Program-made: the position numbers and the translations under genes
Sequence record: SRR20825006_1527
Length of the DNA: 48,310 bases
Strand: one strand, 5' to 3'
The notes under the pieces: model-generated
Told to the model about the DNA's origin: nothing
Databases searched by the model: none
What the model saw: the letters and a program-made list of their open reading frames with translations, nothing else
Part shown: one piece after another, positions 37,012 to 45,696 of the stretch
Position numbering within the stretch: the stretch's first letter is position 1
Layout: each line of letters starts with the position of its first letter

Positions 37012-37869
37012 CTACTTATGTTTTGGTTCCCAAATAAGTCGCAAAAATGAACTGAAACGCTCATTCTCCCTGCTAATGGGAACTCCCGCGATAATGCCTA
37101 TCATTAAATTATCAGCGATTCCGAGTCGCATTTGGGGGCGCATGGTCATATCAAAATCACTGCCCTCCCAGATTTTGTTGAACTCTACCCCAATAAAGTT
37201 CCGTGTACCGGGAATCATGTAGTGGAAACTAGTGTTAACATCGTAGGATGTATGTACTTCCCCGCTTTCGTATTCGTGACCTATCATAGGACCGGTATAC
37301 ACCAAGGAGTGGAAATTGTTGCCCCATCGTTTGGCAACCACTAAGAAAGGGTTGTATACATTTCCAGAAATCAAGGGCTTGCCAAAATTTCTGAAGTCCG
37401 ATAGTTCGAACTCATTGATATATCCGATTGCCATCGAAGTGGCCAGTCGTTCATTTACAAAGAACGACCATTGAGTCGCTATTTTTATACTGTTCAATCT
37501 ATTGGAAGGTGTTTCGACCCCGCCATTGTCCGCCAACGGAGAATAAAAGGTAAAGGGCAGCTCCACTTCAAGGCCCAACCTATCCATTGGGGCCCATTCG
37601 TACTCGATAAGAGCTTCGTAGGAATCAAAAGTGAGCTCGTCTGTCAGCCCCAATCCAAGGTTCCATTCCCGTTCCCCTTTTCGCGCACCCAGGTCACGTA
37701 TCAGGTCAATATATAAGGGTTCTGCGTGCAGCACCTTGGCAGGTTGTTTTTTTTTCTCGATTTGATTTATGTAAAGACTGTCTTTTGCGGTATTACTAAT
37801 TTGGGAATAAGCTATACTGGATGATGCCAATAGAACTATCGGCATCATATTTTTTATGATGTTTTTCAT
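37012..37869 (-). CDS. HAEPLYID-family protein (probable outer-membrane beta-barrel, function unknown)
   Basis: Signal peptide; KVLHAEPLYIDLIRDLGARKGERE; alternating amphipathic strands; C-terminal FLRLIWEP. Confidence 0.82.
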   Translation of the reverse strand: MKNIIKNMMPIVLLASSSIAYSQISNTAKDSLYINQIEKKKQPAKVLHAEPLYIDLIRDLGARKGEREWNLGLGLTDELTFDSYEALIEYEWAPMDRLGLEVELPFTFYSPLADNGGVETPSNRLNSIKIATQWSFFVNERLATSMAIGYINEFELSDFRNFGKPLISGNVYNPFLVVAKRWGNNFHSLVYTGPMIGHEYESGEVHTSYDVNTSFHYMIPGTRNFIGVEFNKIWEGSDFDMTMRPQMRLGIADNLMIGIIAGVPISRENERFSSFLRLIWEPKHK

Positions 37870-37875
37870 GTATTC

Positions 37876-37952
37876 TGATTTGTTTTATGTGAATGTTGAA
37901 TTGCCCGGACCTTATGGTGAAAAGGGACGGGTTTGATTAAGAAAACAAATCA
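37876..37952 (-). promoter_or_regulatory. Putative translational-attenuation hairpin linking the upstream ORF stop to the HAEPLYID initiation region
   Basis: Perfect 11-bp inverted repeat at 37876-37886 and 37942-37952 (the latter includes the TGA stop), plus inner stem CCCG..CCTT / AAGG..CGGG (37904-37931). Confidence 0.55.
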
Positions 37953-38336
37953 TACTTCGGGAGGAGGGGTGTCCTTTTGGATGTATAGATGGGTCAAGAG
38001 AGAGTTCTTATCCGGAAATTTTTTCTTTTTACCCATCAAAATATGGTATCGGGAATAATCATGATTGGGTTGATGTACGGTAAGCTTAATTTTAAAACTG
38101 GAACCGCTATTATGGTCTTCTTTATCAGGGTCGTCGTATTCTTTAAATACATCCCCGTATCCTAGCACCTTTTCAACCAAAATCTCGATAATACTCTCTT
38201 GGTCGTTAACGGATAGGTCTTCGGGAACATGATCGGGATACCGGTCCGGCGAATCCACACTGATGTTCAATAGGTAAAGGCCCATCAAACTCCAGAATAT
38301 CTTTAGAAAAGCGCTCTTTCGTAAAAGACCTATCAT
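37950..38336 (-). CDS. Hypothetical 128-aa protein with N-terminal hydrophobic segment, acidic/His-containing middle and C-terminal TPPP (candidate regulatory leader ORF)
   Basis: MIGLLRKSAFLKIFWSLMGLYLLNISVD...EDLSVNDQESIIE...EYDDPDKEDH...QKDTPPPEV; co-oriented between the MFS and HAEPLYID genes. Confidence 0.78.
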   Translation of the reverse strand: MIGLLRKSAFLKIFWSLMGLYLLNISVDSPDRYPDHVPEDLSVNDQESIIEILVEKVLGYGDVFKEYDDPDKEDHNSGSSFKIKLTVHQPNHDYSRYHILMGKKKKFPDKNSLLTHLYIQKDTPPPEV

Positions 38337-38345
38337 GCTGTAAAA

Positions 38346-39542
38346 CTAAGACTCTTTTTTTCTTTTAGATAATTTATCCATGTAAAGAATCACAATACCT
38401 ATAACACCACCGATACAGGCCAAAACTCCGCCAACAACACTAGCGTAATTGAATCCTAGTCCAAAAACCATGGGCAGACCGCCAAAATATGCGCCCGAGG
38501 CATTTCCCATATTAAAAGCGCTTTGGTTCATGGAAGACCCTAGTTTCTCTGCGCCCTTGGCAGCTCTTATGATGGCTATTTGGATGGGTGCCGAAATGGA
38601 AAAGGTAATAACGCCGACAATAAAGCTAAGTACGTATATGGCAATGTTGTTGCTTGCGAAAATGGAGTTCAGCAGAAGTATCATCGTCATGCTAAACATG
38701 CTTATGACCACGGATTTTACGGGATTGAAAGTTTCGACCATTCTCGCTCCCAAAAAATTCCCAAAAAACATCCCAAATCCTGCTACGATCATAACGTATC
38801 CAACGTTTGCTTCGGGAAGCTTGGTTACATTGATTACCAAAGGGGCAATGTAGCTGTACCAGGCAAAAAAGCCGCCGGTGCCCACAGTGGTCAAGGCAAT
38901 CAAAGCCCATAGTTTTTTGTTTTTTAGGCCGGGTGAAGGGTTTTTAGAGTCGGAATCATCAGCTTCATCCAATCCTTCTTTTGGCATCCAAAAATAAAGG
39001 CTGCAAAAGGTGGCAATACCAGCAACTCCTACCAACATAAAAGAGTAGCTCCAATGCAGTTCTTGTCCAATATATGTGCCTAGCGGCACCCCTATAATAT
39101 TGGCGACGGTCAAACCTGAAAACATTACGGCCATGGCCTGAGCAGCTTTGCCCGGTTTGGCCAAATAACCCGATACCACGGCACCAATACCAAAAAATGC
39201 ACCGTGTGGCATACCGGAAAGAAAACGGAAAACCATCATTGTCCAATAATTGCCCGAAAAGGCCGACAATGTGTTGAAAATGGTAAACCAAACCATTAAG
39301 AAAAGCAAGGTTTTCTTTGGATTGAGGTTGTTGGTGATTCTTGCCATTACGGGCGCACCTATAACTACCCCAAGGGCATAGATGGCTATGAAATGTCCCG
39401 CTTTAGGAATGGAAATATCAAGAGAACCGGCAATATTGGGAAGAATTCCCATGATTACAAATTCTGTAAGGCCTATGCCGAAACCACCGATGGCGAGAGA
39501 TAAAAGGGCTTTTTTATTGGTTGATCGTGAAGTCTTGTCCAA
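38346..39542 (-). CDS. MFS transporter, DHA1 / AraJ-like
   Basis: LLSLAIGGFGIGLTEFVIMGILP, FRFLSGMPHGAFFG, GLTVANIIGVPLGT, SAFNMGNASGA; about 12 TM segments; TTG start. Confidence 0.9.
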   Translation of the reverse strand: MDKTSRSTNKKALLSLAIGGFGIGLTEFVIMGILPNIAGSLDISIPKAGHFIAIYALGVVIGAPVMARITNNLNPKKTLLFLMVWFTIFNTLSAFSGNYWTMMVFRFLSGMPHGAFFGIGAVVSGYLAKPGKAAQAMAVMFSGLTVANIIGVPLGTYIGQELHWSYSFMLVGVAGIATFCSLYFWMPKEGLDEADDSDSKNPSPGLKNKKLWALIALTTVGTGGFFAWYSYIAPLVINVTKLPEANVGYVMIVAGFGMFFGNFLGARMVETFNPVKSVVISMFSMTMILLLNSIFASNNIAIYVLSFIVGVITFSISAPIQIAIIRAAKGAEKLGSSMNQSAFNMGNASGAYFGGLPMVFGLGFNYASVVGGVLACIGGVIGIVILYMDKLSKRKKES

Positions 39543-39561
39543 GCTTATTTTATTAAGTGGA

Positions 39562-39569
39562 CAAAGGTA
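39562..39569 (-). promoter_or_regulatory. -7 promoter box for the MFS gene
   Basis: Minus strand TACCTTTG ending 19 nt before the TTG start. Confidence 0.65.
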
Positions 39570-39634
39570 ATTGGAATCACTTAATTCCTGAGCAAGGATA
39601 TTGGCTTAATTCTATATTGAATTACCATTGAAAT

Positions 39635-39722
39635 AAACAGCCTTGAAGTTTGGACTAATTCAAATACATTCAAAAAATGAAACAAATACTTTTGAATGGA
39701 TATTTTGGGTTCAAGGCTGTTT
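39635..39722. repeat. Nested inverted repeat (88 bp)
   Basis: AAACAGCCTTGAA (39635-39647) / TTCAAGGCTGTTT (39710-39722); inner CATTCAAAA (39667-39675) / TTTTGAATG (39690-39698). Confidence 0.75.
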
Positions 39723-39826
39723 TTAGGATATTAATTTTTACTGTTGCCAAATTATGGCAATGCCTGTGTTTTATCGGAAATCCTCAACAACAAGTACTCT
39801 TCCCGATTTATAAGAACCTTTTTATC

Positions 39827-39861
39827 AAAAAAAAAGACCCGCCCCCAAATGAAGCGAGTCT
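39827..39861 (-). terminator. Intrinsic terminator of the second SusC/D operon
   Basis: Minus strand AGACTCGCTTC-attt-GGGGGCGGGTC-T9, with G-U pairs. Confidence 0.8.
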
Positions 39862-39886
39862 CTTTCTTGAACAAATATGTAAAAAA

Positions 39887-40687
39887 TCAATTGATACATG
39901 GAGATGGATTCGGTCCAAAAGGGCCCAAAACCTCCCCGTCGGGTGTTTCAATAGTGTAAACATGTTCTTCCTCGAAGGCACCACTGGTATACGAAATCAC
40001 TAAACTGCTGGTTCCCTCGGGTACATTTACATTAAAAGTGGCTGCATCACCAGCGGTAAATGTGTAGTCCGTGGTTGCCCCATCAATCTCGAACGTTACA
40101 AAGGCTCCGTCCCATCCGTCCCCATATAGGTCTTGCATCTCTATTACCCAGGTTCCTGGTACAGTAGTCCCTGAAACGGGAGAGCACTTAACAAGAATGA
40201 TAAAGTTAAATGCTTGTAATTGTTCTGGCTGTCCTGTGAGGGTTGCGCTATAGTTGGCCACTGTGGTCACTGTTCCATCTGTTCCTGTGGATTCTCCCAA
40301 AAACCGGATGAAGTCGCCTCCAGAGATATCATCCACTGTTATGCCCAGTGCACTGGCAATGTCGGTATAAGGAATGGAAAGATCGCTTGGGAACTCTGTT
40401 ATTGTTGCCAACGGCACGGTGTCGGAAGATACCCCGCCAGACTCCAAAGTTACACTCAAATCCCATGATGCGACATTGTCACTGGGGTCGTCAACGGTAC
40501 CGGAGAAAGTGGAGTTGGCCAAGTCACCTTTGGCAACAATGGTTTCGTCCAGTTTTATCCTTACATAAGGTGCGGCCGAATCTTCCAGTTCAAACACGTT
40601 GAGTGGATTTTTGTCCTCGTCTTCACAGGCCGCTATTCCCAAAATCAGTAGTGATAGACCGAGTATATATTTAAAGTTACTTTTCAT
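39887..40687 (-). CDS. SusE-positioned lipoprotein of unknown function
   Basis: Lipobox IAAC-EDED; Ig-like N-terminal part; C-terminal module with MQDLYGDGWDGA flanked by two cysteines. Confidence 0.8.
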   Translation of the reverse strand: MKSNFKYILGLSLLILGIAACEDEDKNPLNVFELEDSAAPYVRIKLDETIVAKGDLANSTFSGTVDDPSDNVASWDLSVTLESGGVSSDTVPLATITEFPSDLSIPYTDIASALGITVDDISGGDFIRFLGESTGTDGTVTTVANYSATLTGQPEQLQAFNFIILVKCSPVSGTTVPGTWVIEMQDLYGDGWDGAFVTFEIDGATTDYTFTAGDAATFNVNVPEGTSSLVISYTSGAFEEEHVYTIETPDGEVLGPFGPNPSPCIN

Positions 40688-40710
40688 AAGTATTGTTTTT
40701 TAGAATTAAA

Positions 40711-42426
40711 TCAATCAACAAATCCATCGAGGTTGGTGTCCCAGAACACGGGAGTACTTGGTGCACTTTTCTGTGTAATGTTCGTGTTGCTGTCCGCAGC
40801 TGTCTGTGAATACCACATAGACCTTAGGAATGGTCCTGGGTCGTTGGTGGTAAAGGCAGGTGTCAGGTTATCGGGTTGACCTGTTCTTCTATACGTATTG
40901 TATGCTTCAATTCCGTTGCACCATAAAGCAATAAAGTATTGCTCCACAATAATTCGAAGTTTGTCCGTATCATTACCGGCATCATATGCTGCCAATATTT
41001 CTGCAATATGGTTGTCGACGGCTGTTGAGGTCGGGACAAATCCTGTACCCTCTGCTAAAGAAGCCCCAAAGTCCATAACAGTGCCAATGGATTGTCGTAT
41101 GCCTGTTTCCAGATAATCTCTTGCACTTCCGGTAGTGTTCAATGTCAATGAAGCTTCTGCTAACATGAAATAGGTATAGGAAGACATCAAAATAGGGGAT
41201 ATTCCCGCACCTACGAGCCCTTCGTTCACTGCTCCGGAACCGGATACATTCCTAAAAGAGTTGTCATCGAACGGTCCACCAACTGGGTAGGTTCCGTGCA
41301 GCGTTCTAAAGGCATCATCAGGTGGAATACCGTCATCATCTAAATGATTTCGTCCCCAATATCCACTTAAGCCATTGGTAGCGGGAACCAAACAGTAGGG
41401 TTCGGAGGGGTCCCACCATGCAGGTAGTGATATTTCGGTAACACATTCCTTGGTAACTACATCCGCACCAGAAAAGTCTTCTTGTTGTCTGTAGAAATAG
41501 TAGCGAATCCGTGGGTCAGGTTCACCATATTGGTTGGCCATCAAATTCATATAATAATTACAGGTGTAAAAGTCCGAACTTGGTCCCGCACCATCGTAGT
41601 TGGCATCAAAATAAGGGTGTCTACTATCTGGTGAAGCATTGTTGGTACCCCATTGAAAGAAAAAATCATCAGCAGGATCCAAAATCAGTTGGTTGCCTGC
41701 AATCAATTCATTGATGCGCGAAGTGGAAACGGATGCTCCAAAACCTTCGGCAGAGGCCAAACGGGTCTGAAGATATAGCTTCAAACGCATGGTGTTTGCC
41801 ACTTTCTTCCATTGGTCTTCATTGGCATTGTAAAATAGGTCATCCGATGGGAGGGAGGTTTCATCCTTGTTCAGATTGGCAATGGCATCCACTAATAGTT
41901 GGTCTGCGGCTTGGTAAATGGAAGCTCCCGAGTCAACCGTTGGATTTAAGATTCCTTCGCCGCCCATTGCCGCTTCCGAGTAAGGTACATCACCGAAGAA
42001 GTCTACCATGGACATCATGATATATGCTTCCAGAATTTGGCCAATGGCGATATGCGTGAATTGACCTGCTTCTTCGGCCAAAGGATTCATGGTCCTAATG
42101 TCTATCAAGGCCCTGGCATACACATTGTCCCAAACCCTATCAAAATCTGAAGGATCGTAACTTTCACGATAGGTAGGGCCAAATCCATGCTGTATTCTTA
42201 CAGGTTCCATTCCAAATTGACTTAGGCCATTTTCGGCACGACCTTCTTCGCCGGAATGAATCTGGGCGGTCATTAGTTGTATTTGATTCAAAAAGAAATC
42301 AACGCTCGCCTGCGACGGATTTAATGCATTGGGGCTCTCCACTACATCCAAGGTAGTGCTCTCGCAGCCCAGCATAACTGTCAGTGCAGCGATTATGAGA
42401 CTTAGTATATTTGATATTTTTTTCAT
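40711..42426 (-). CDS. susD: SusD/RagB-family lipoprotein
   Basis: Lipobox MLGC; MVDFFGDVPYSEA, YFMLAEA, IIVEQYFIALWCNGIEAYNTYRRTG, PVFWD. Confidence 0.92.
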   Translation of the reverse strand: MKKISNILSLIIAALTVMLGCESTTLDVVESPNALNPSQASVDFFLNQIQLMTAQIHSGEEGRAENGLSQFGMEPVRIQHGFGPTYRESYDPSDFDRVWDNVYARALIDIRTMNPLAEEAGQFTHIAIGQILEAYIMMSMVDFFGDVPYSEAAMGGEGILNPTVDSGASIYQAADQLLVDAIANLNKDETSLPSDDLFYNANEDQWKKVANTMRLKLYLQTRLASAEGFGASVSTSRINELIAGNQLILDPADDFFFQWGTNNASPDSRHPYFDANYDGAGPSSDFYTCNYYMNLMANQYGEPDPRIRYYFYRQQEDFSGADVVTKECVTEISLPAWWDPSEPYCLVPATNGLSGYWGRNHLDDDGIPPDDAFRTLHGTYPVGGPFDDNSFRNVSGSGAVNEGLVGAGISPILMSSYTYFMLAEASLTLNTTGSARDYLETGIRQSIGTVMDFGASLAEGTGFVPTSTAVDNHIAEILAAYDAGNDTDKLRIIVEQYFIALWCNGIEAYNTYRRTGQPDNLTPAFTTNDPGPFLRSMWYSQTAADSNTNITQKSAPSTPVFWDTNLDGFVD

Positions 42427-42453
42427 AATATTTCTGATTCTTGTTAGCTGCGA

Positions 42454-45400
42454 TTAAAATGATGCTCTTACGGTAAGGCCATATCTTCTGGTGGACGGCC
42501 CAGTGAAGAAATCAATTCCTTGTCCATTACCAACACCTGTACTCGACGAATTGGTGTCGTATCGAACGTCATCGGGGAAATTCACCGCCTTGTACCAAAG
42601 GTTGGAACCGGATAGTGTTAGCGATAGGCTTCCGAAAGGGGTTTTTTCCAACATTTTCTTTGGAATGGAATATCCCAATGAAGCTTCCTGTAACCTGATA
42701 GTGGTGCCGTCAAATACGTTTACTTCGTTGATATCTCCCCCAAAAAAGGTGTTGAAGCCAAACTCGGTTGCTGTAATGGCCACGTTGTTCGGGCTTCCAT
42801 CTGCAAAAACGCCTGGAAGGATATAATTGGACTCCCTATCAATCGGGTTGTCCGGGTCAACTACTCCACGACCTATCAGTCCAGCCGTTGTTACCGAATA
42901 CACATCTCCACCATGACGATATTGCAAGTTGGCGGAAAGGGTGAAGTTCTTAAAGCTGATGGTCGGGATCATCGCAGTGGTCCAGTCTGGGTTTGGGTCA
43001 CCAATTTCTGTGATGTTATTGTCCACTAAATATCTGCCGTTTGGCCCTACCACTTTGTTGCCGTTATCATCTCTTTGGATGGTACTGCCGAGCAATACCC
43101 CAAATGGTCTGCCTTCCACGGCGTAGTTTGCAGCTTCACCGGCCACAGCGAAGGTCAACAAAATGTTGTTGGTTCCCTCAGCCAGGTCGGTCACCGTGGT
43201 TTCACTGGCGGTAAAGTTTCCTGCAAGGTTAAAACCGATACCTGCTTCGCTTTCCCTGAGAATGGTAAGGTCGTAATCGGCTTCTATACCTTTGGTTTCT
43301 ACTTCACCAATGTTTACAAAAGTGGAGCGGAAACCTGTTGAGCTATCCAATGTACGGTTGGTAATCAGGTCTGTTGTGGATTTTTGATACAAGCTGACAT
43401 TAAAGTTCAACCTATTAAAAAGTCGGGTATCCAAACCTACTTCCAGTTCCTGGACTCTTTCTGGGGATAAATCACGGTTACCGAGCACATCCGAAACAGT
43501 ATTTCCTGAAACTACGTTGCCGTTGAGGTCCACAAATGTTCTAGAATTCAAGGTGAGTACATCCCTAGTGTTAAATGGAGTCGGGAAGCCTGCGGAGGAA
43601 CCGTAGCCGACCCTAAGTTTTGCATAGTTGAGCACATCTCCCTGCAATGCAGGAAATGCTGTGGTAGGAATAAAGGATAAACTGGCTCCCGGGTAAAACA
43701 AAGAGTTGTTTTCTCTTTCCAATGTGGACGACCAGTCGTTTCTTCCTACTACGTTGAGGTACAATAAATCTTTATAGGATATGGTCGCATCCAAATAAAT
43801 ACCTACTAGGTTTTCCTCAAAGTTTTGATTCAGGTCGGTCCCAGAAAAGGAGTTTATGGATGATGGAGTCGTAAAGTTATAGTGTTCTAGCACTCCAAAA
43901 ACCAATTGTCCTTGGCTTTCGATACCGTCCTGTGCATAGGTGTCCCTACGACTATTGGCACCCAACGTGGCGGTAAGGTTTAAATCTTCGGAAAGATTTT
44001 TCTCTGCACTAAGAATCAAATCGTGGTTCCAAATGGAATTTCTTACAGATGAAGTTCTTAGAATTCCCAATGTAGGTCCATCTACACCGCCTCTGTTCTG
44101 CCCGTACGAGTTTAATTCGGTATACGTATCCAGACCTACCCGGTATGTCAGGTTCATCCAGTCGTTCAAGGCATAGCTCATAGAAACGTTTCCGGTAAAT
44201 CGGTCGGTTTCTTGACTGGTCTTTGAGTTGGCAACGGTCCAGTATGGGTTTTGAATATCGTTACCTGATCTATAATATAAGCTTCGGCCATCCGCTGCTT
44301 GGAATGGGAGATTGGTCAAATCGATGTTTCTCGGCGTGTAGAGTACGTCACCAAATATGGCGGAACCGTTAAAAGCGGCACCGCTACCTGTACTCACGGC
44401 ATTTGGCGGTGACTTGTAGCCTGTTCTGGCAAAATTGAAGACCCCGGACACGGTAAAGTTGTTGGATAGTACCGCATTTCCTCCTAAACTGAAGTTGTTA
44501 CGTAGCAACTTGTTGCCAGGGGTTACCCCGATATCTTCCGTACGGCCATAATTCGCATTGAAATTTACCTTTTCGGAACCACCACGAACATTTACTGATG
44601 TACTGTACACATATCCCGTTCTGAAGAATTCTTCAACTCCATTATAAGGTTGGTAAGGATATTCAACCCCCAATAAGTCTTCGTAACCGGCAATTAAGGT
44701 TGGGTCAGCGATATAGTTGAACGGGTGTCGCGTCAATGCCACTCCGTTTGGACCAGTTCTTATGTATTGGGCTGCTGTGGCAATACCATCATCATCCGTA
44801 CGGTCAAAACGCGGTCCCCAGTTACTAAAGAAGAATCCAAATCCTTGATGGAATCCACTACCATAGTTATTTTGAAACTTTGGAAGCACGGCATTGGACA
44901 TAAATACGGATTGTGTAACGGAAACTTCTGTTTTGGAAGGAGCATCTCCGGAGGCAGAACCTTTTGTAGTGATAAGTATTACCCCATTTCTACCTCGGTT
45001 ACCATAGAGTACCGTTGCACTCAACCCTTTCAATACGCTTACACTTTCAATATTGTTCGGGTCCAGGTCCAGAAATCGGCTGGATTCCGTATTTCCATCT
45101 AAAAAGTTGGTCTGGGTATTGGTTCCAGAATCAAAAGGAATTCCATCAACAATAAACAAGGGTTGATTGGACTGTGTTGCCGAAGAATAGCCCCTAATTA
45201 TTATGTTGGTTCCAGAACCGGACATACCGTTGTTGGAGGTGATGTTTACCCCAGCAACTTTACCATTGAGCACCCGAGCTACATCTGCTTCGGGCCGAGA
45301 TTCAACCTTGTCGGATTCCACAGTGGTTACCGAATATCCCAAGGAACGCTTTTCCCGGACTATACCTTGTGCGGTGACCACTACTTCTTCCAGTTGCGAT

Positions 45401-45696
45401 GCGTCTTCCTCCATTTGAACGTTCAAAACGCTTGCTGCACCTACGCTTCTCTCAAGTGTTCGTTGTCCTAAATAGGAGAATACAAGGACATCTCCTTCGT
45501 TGGCTTCAATGACGTAGTTGCCATCAAAATCGGACTGAGTTCCCTTAACGGTGCCTTTCACAACAATGTTGACACCTGGTAAGGGTACCCCGTCTTGGTC
45601 GGTGACCGTACCGGTAACCGCTTTTTCTTGAGCGTGGGCAAATGCAATGGATAAGCAAATAGCCAGTAGCGCTCCAAACAGTTTCTTTACTTTCAT
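42454..45696 (-). CDS. susC: SusC/RagA TonB-dependent transporter
   Basis: LEEVVVTAQG, VLKGLSATVLYGNRGRNGVILITTK, RNDWSSTL, LSPERVQELEVG, terminal F; 1080 aa. Confidence 0.96.
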   Translation of the reverse strand: MKVKKLFGALLAICLSIAFAHAQEKAVTGTVTDQDGVPLPGVNIVVKGTVKGTQSDFDGNYVIEANEGDVLVFSYLGQRTLERSVGAASVLNVQMEEDASQLEEVVVTAQGIVREKRSLGYSVTTVESDKVESRPEADVARVLNGKVAGVNITSNNGMSGSGTNIIIRGYSSATQSNQPLFIVDGIPFDSGTNTQTNFLDGNTESSRFLDLDPNNIESVSVLKGLSATVLYGNRGRNGVILITTKGSASGDAPSKTEVSVTQSVFMSNAVLPKFQNNYGSGFHQGFGFFFSNWGPRFDRTDDDGIATAAQYIRTGPNGVALTRHPFNYIADPTLIAGYEDLLGVEYPYQPYNGVEEFFRTGYVYSTSVNVRGGSEKVNFNANYGRTEDIGVTPGNKLLRNNFSLGGNAVLSNNFTVSGVFNFARTGYKSPPNAVSTGSGAAFNGSAIFGDVLYTPRNIDLTNLPFQAADGRSLYYRSGNDIQNPYWTVANSKTSQETDRFTGNVSMSYALNDWMNLTYRVGLDTYTELNSYGQNRGGVDGPTLGILRTSSVRNSIWNHDLILSAEKNLSEDLNLTATLGANSRRDTYAQDGIESQGQLVFGVLEHYNFTTPSSINSFSGTDLNQNFEENLVGIYLDATISYKDLLYLNVVGRNDWSSTLERENNSLFYPGASLSFIPTTAFPALQGDVLNYAKLRVGYGSSAGFPTPFNTRDVLTLNSRTFVDLNGNVVSGNTVSDVLGNRDLSPERVQELEVGLDTRLFNRLNFNVSLYQKSTTDLITNRTLDSSTGFRSTFVNIGEVETKGIEADYDLTILRESEAGIGFNLAGNFTASETTVTDLAEGTNNILLTFAVAGEAANYAVEGRPFGVLLGSTIQRDDNGNKVVGPNGRYLVDNNITEIGDPNPDWTTAMIPTISFKNFTLSANLQYRHGGDVYSVTTAGLIGRGVVDPDNPIDRESNYILPGVFADGSPNNVAITATEFGFNTFFGGDINEVNVFDGTTIRLQEASLGYSIPKKMLEKTPFGSLSLTLSGSNLWYKAVNFPDDVRYDTNSSSTGVGNGQGIDFFTGPSTRRYGLTVRASF

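Noticed and set aside
39677-40003. 108-aa plus-strand ORF in the MFS / lipoprotein gap
   Set aside because: Runs through an inverted repeat and a terminator and overlaps the lipoprotein gene antisense; not protein-like.
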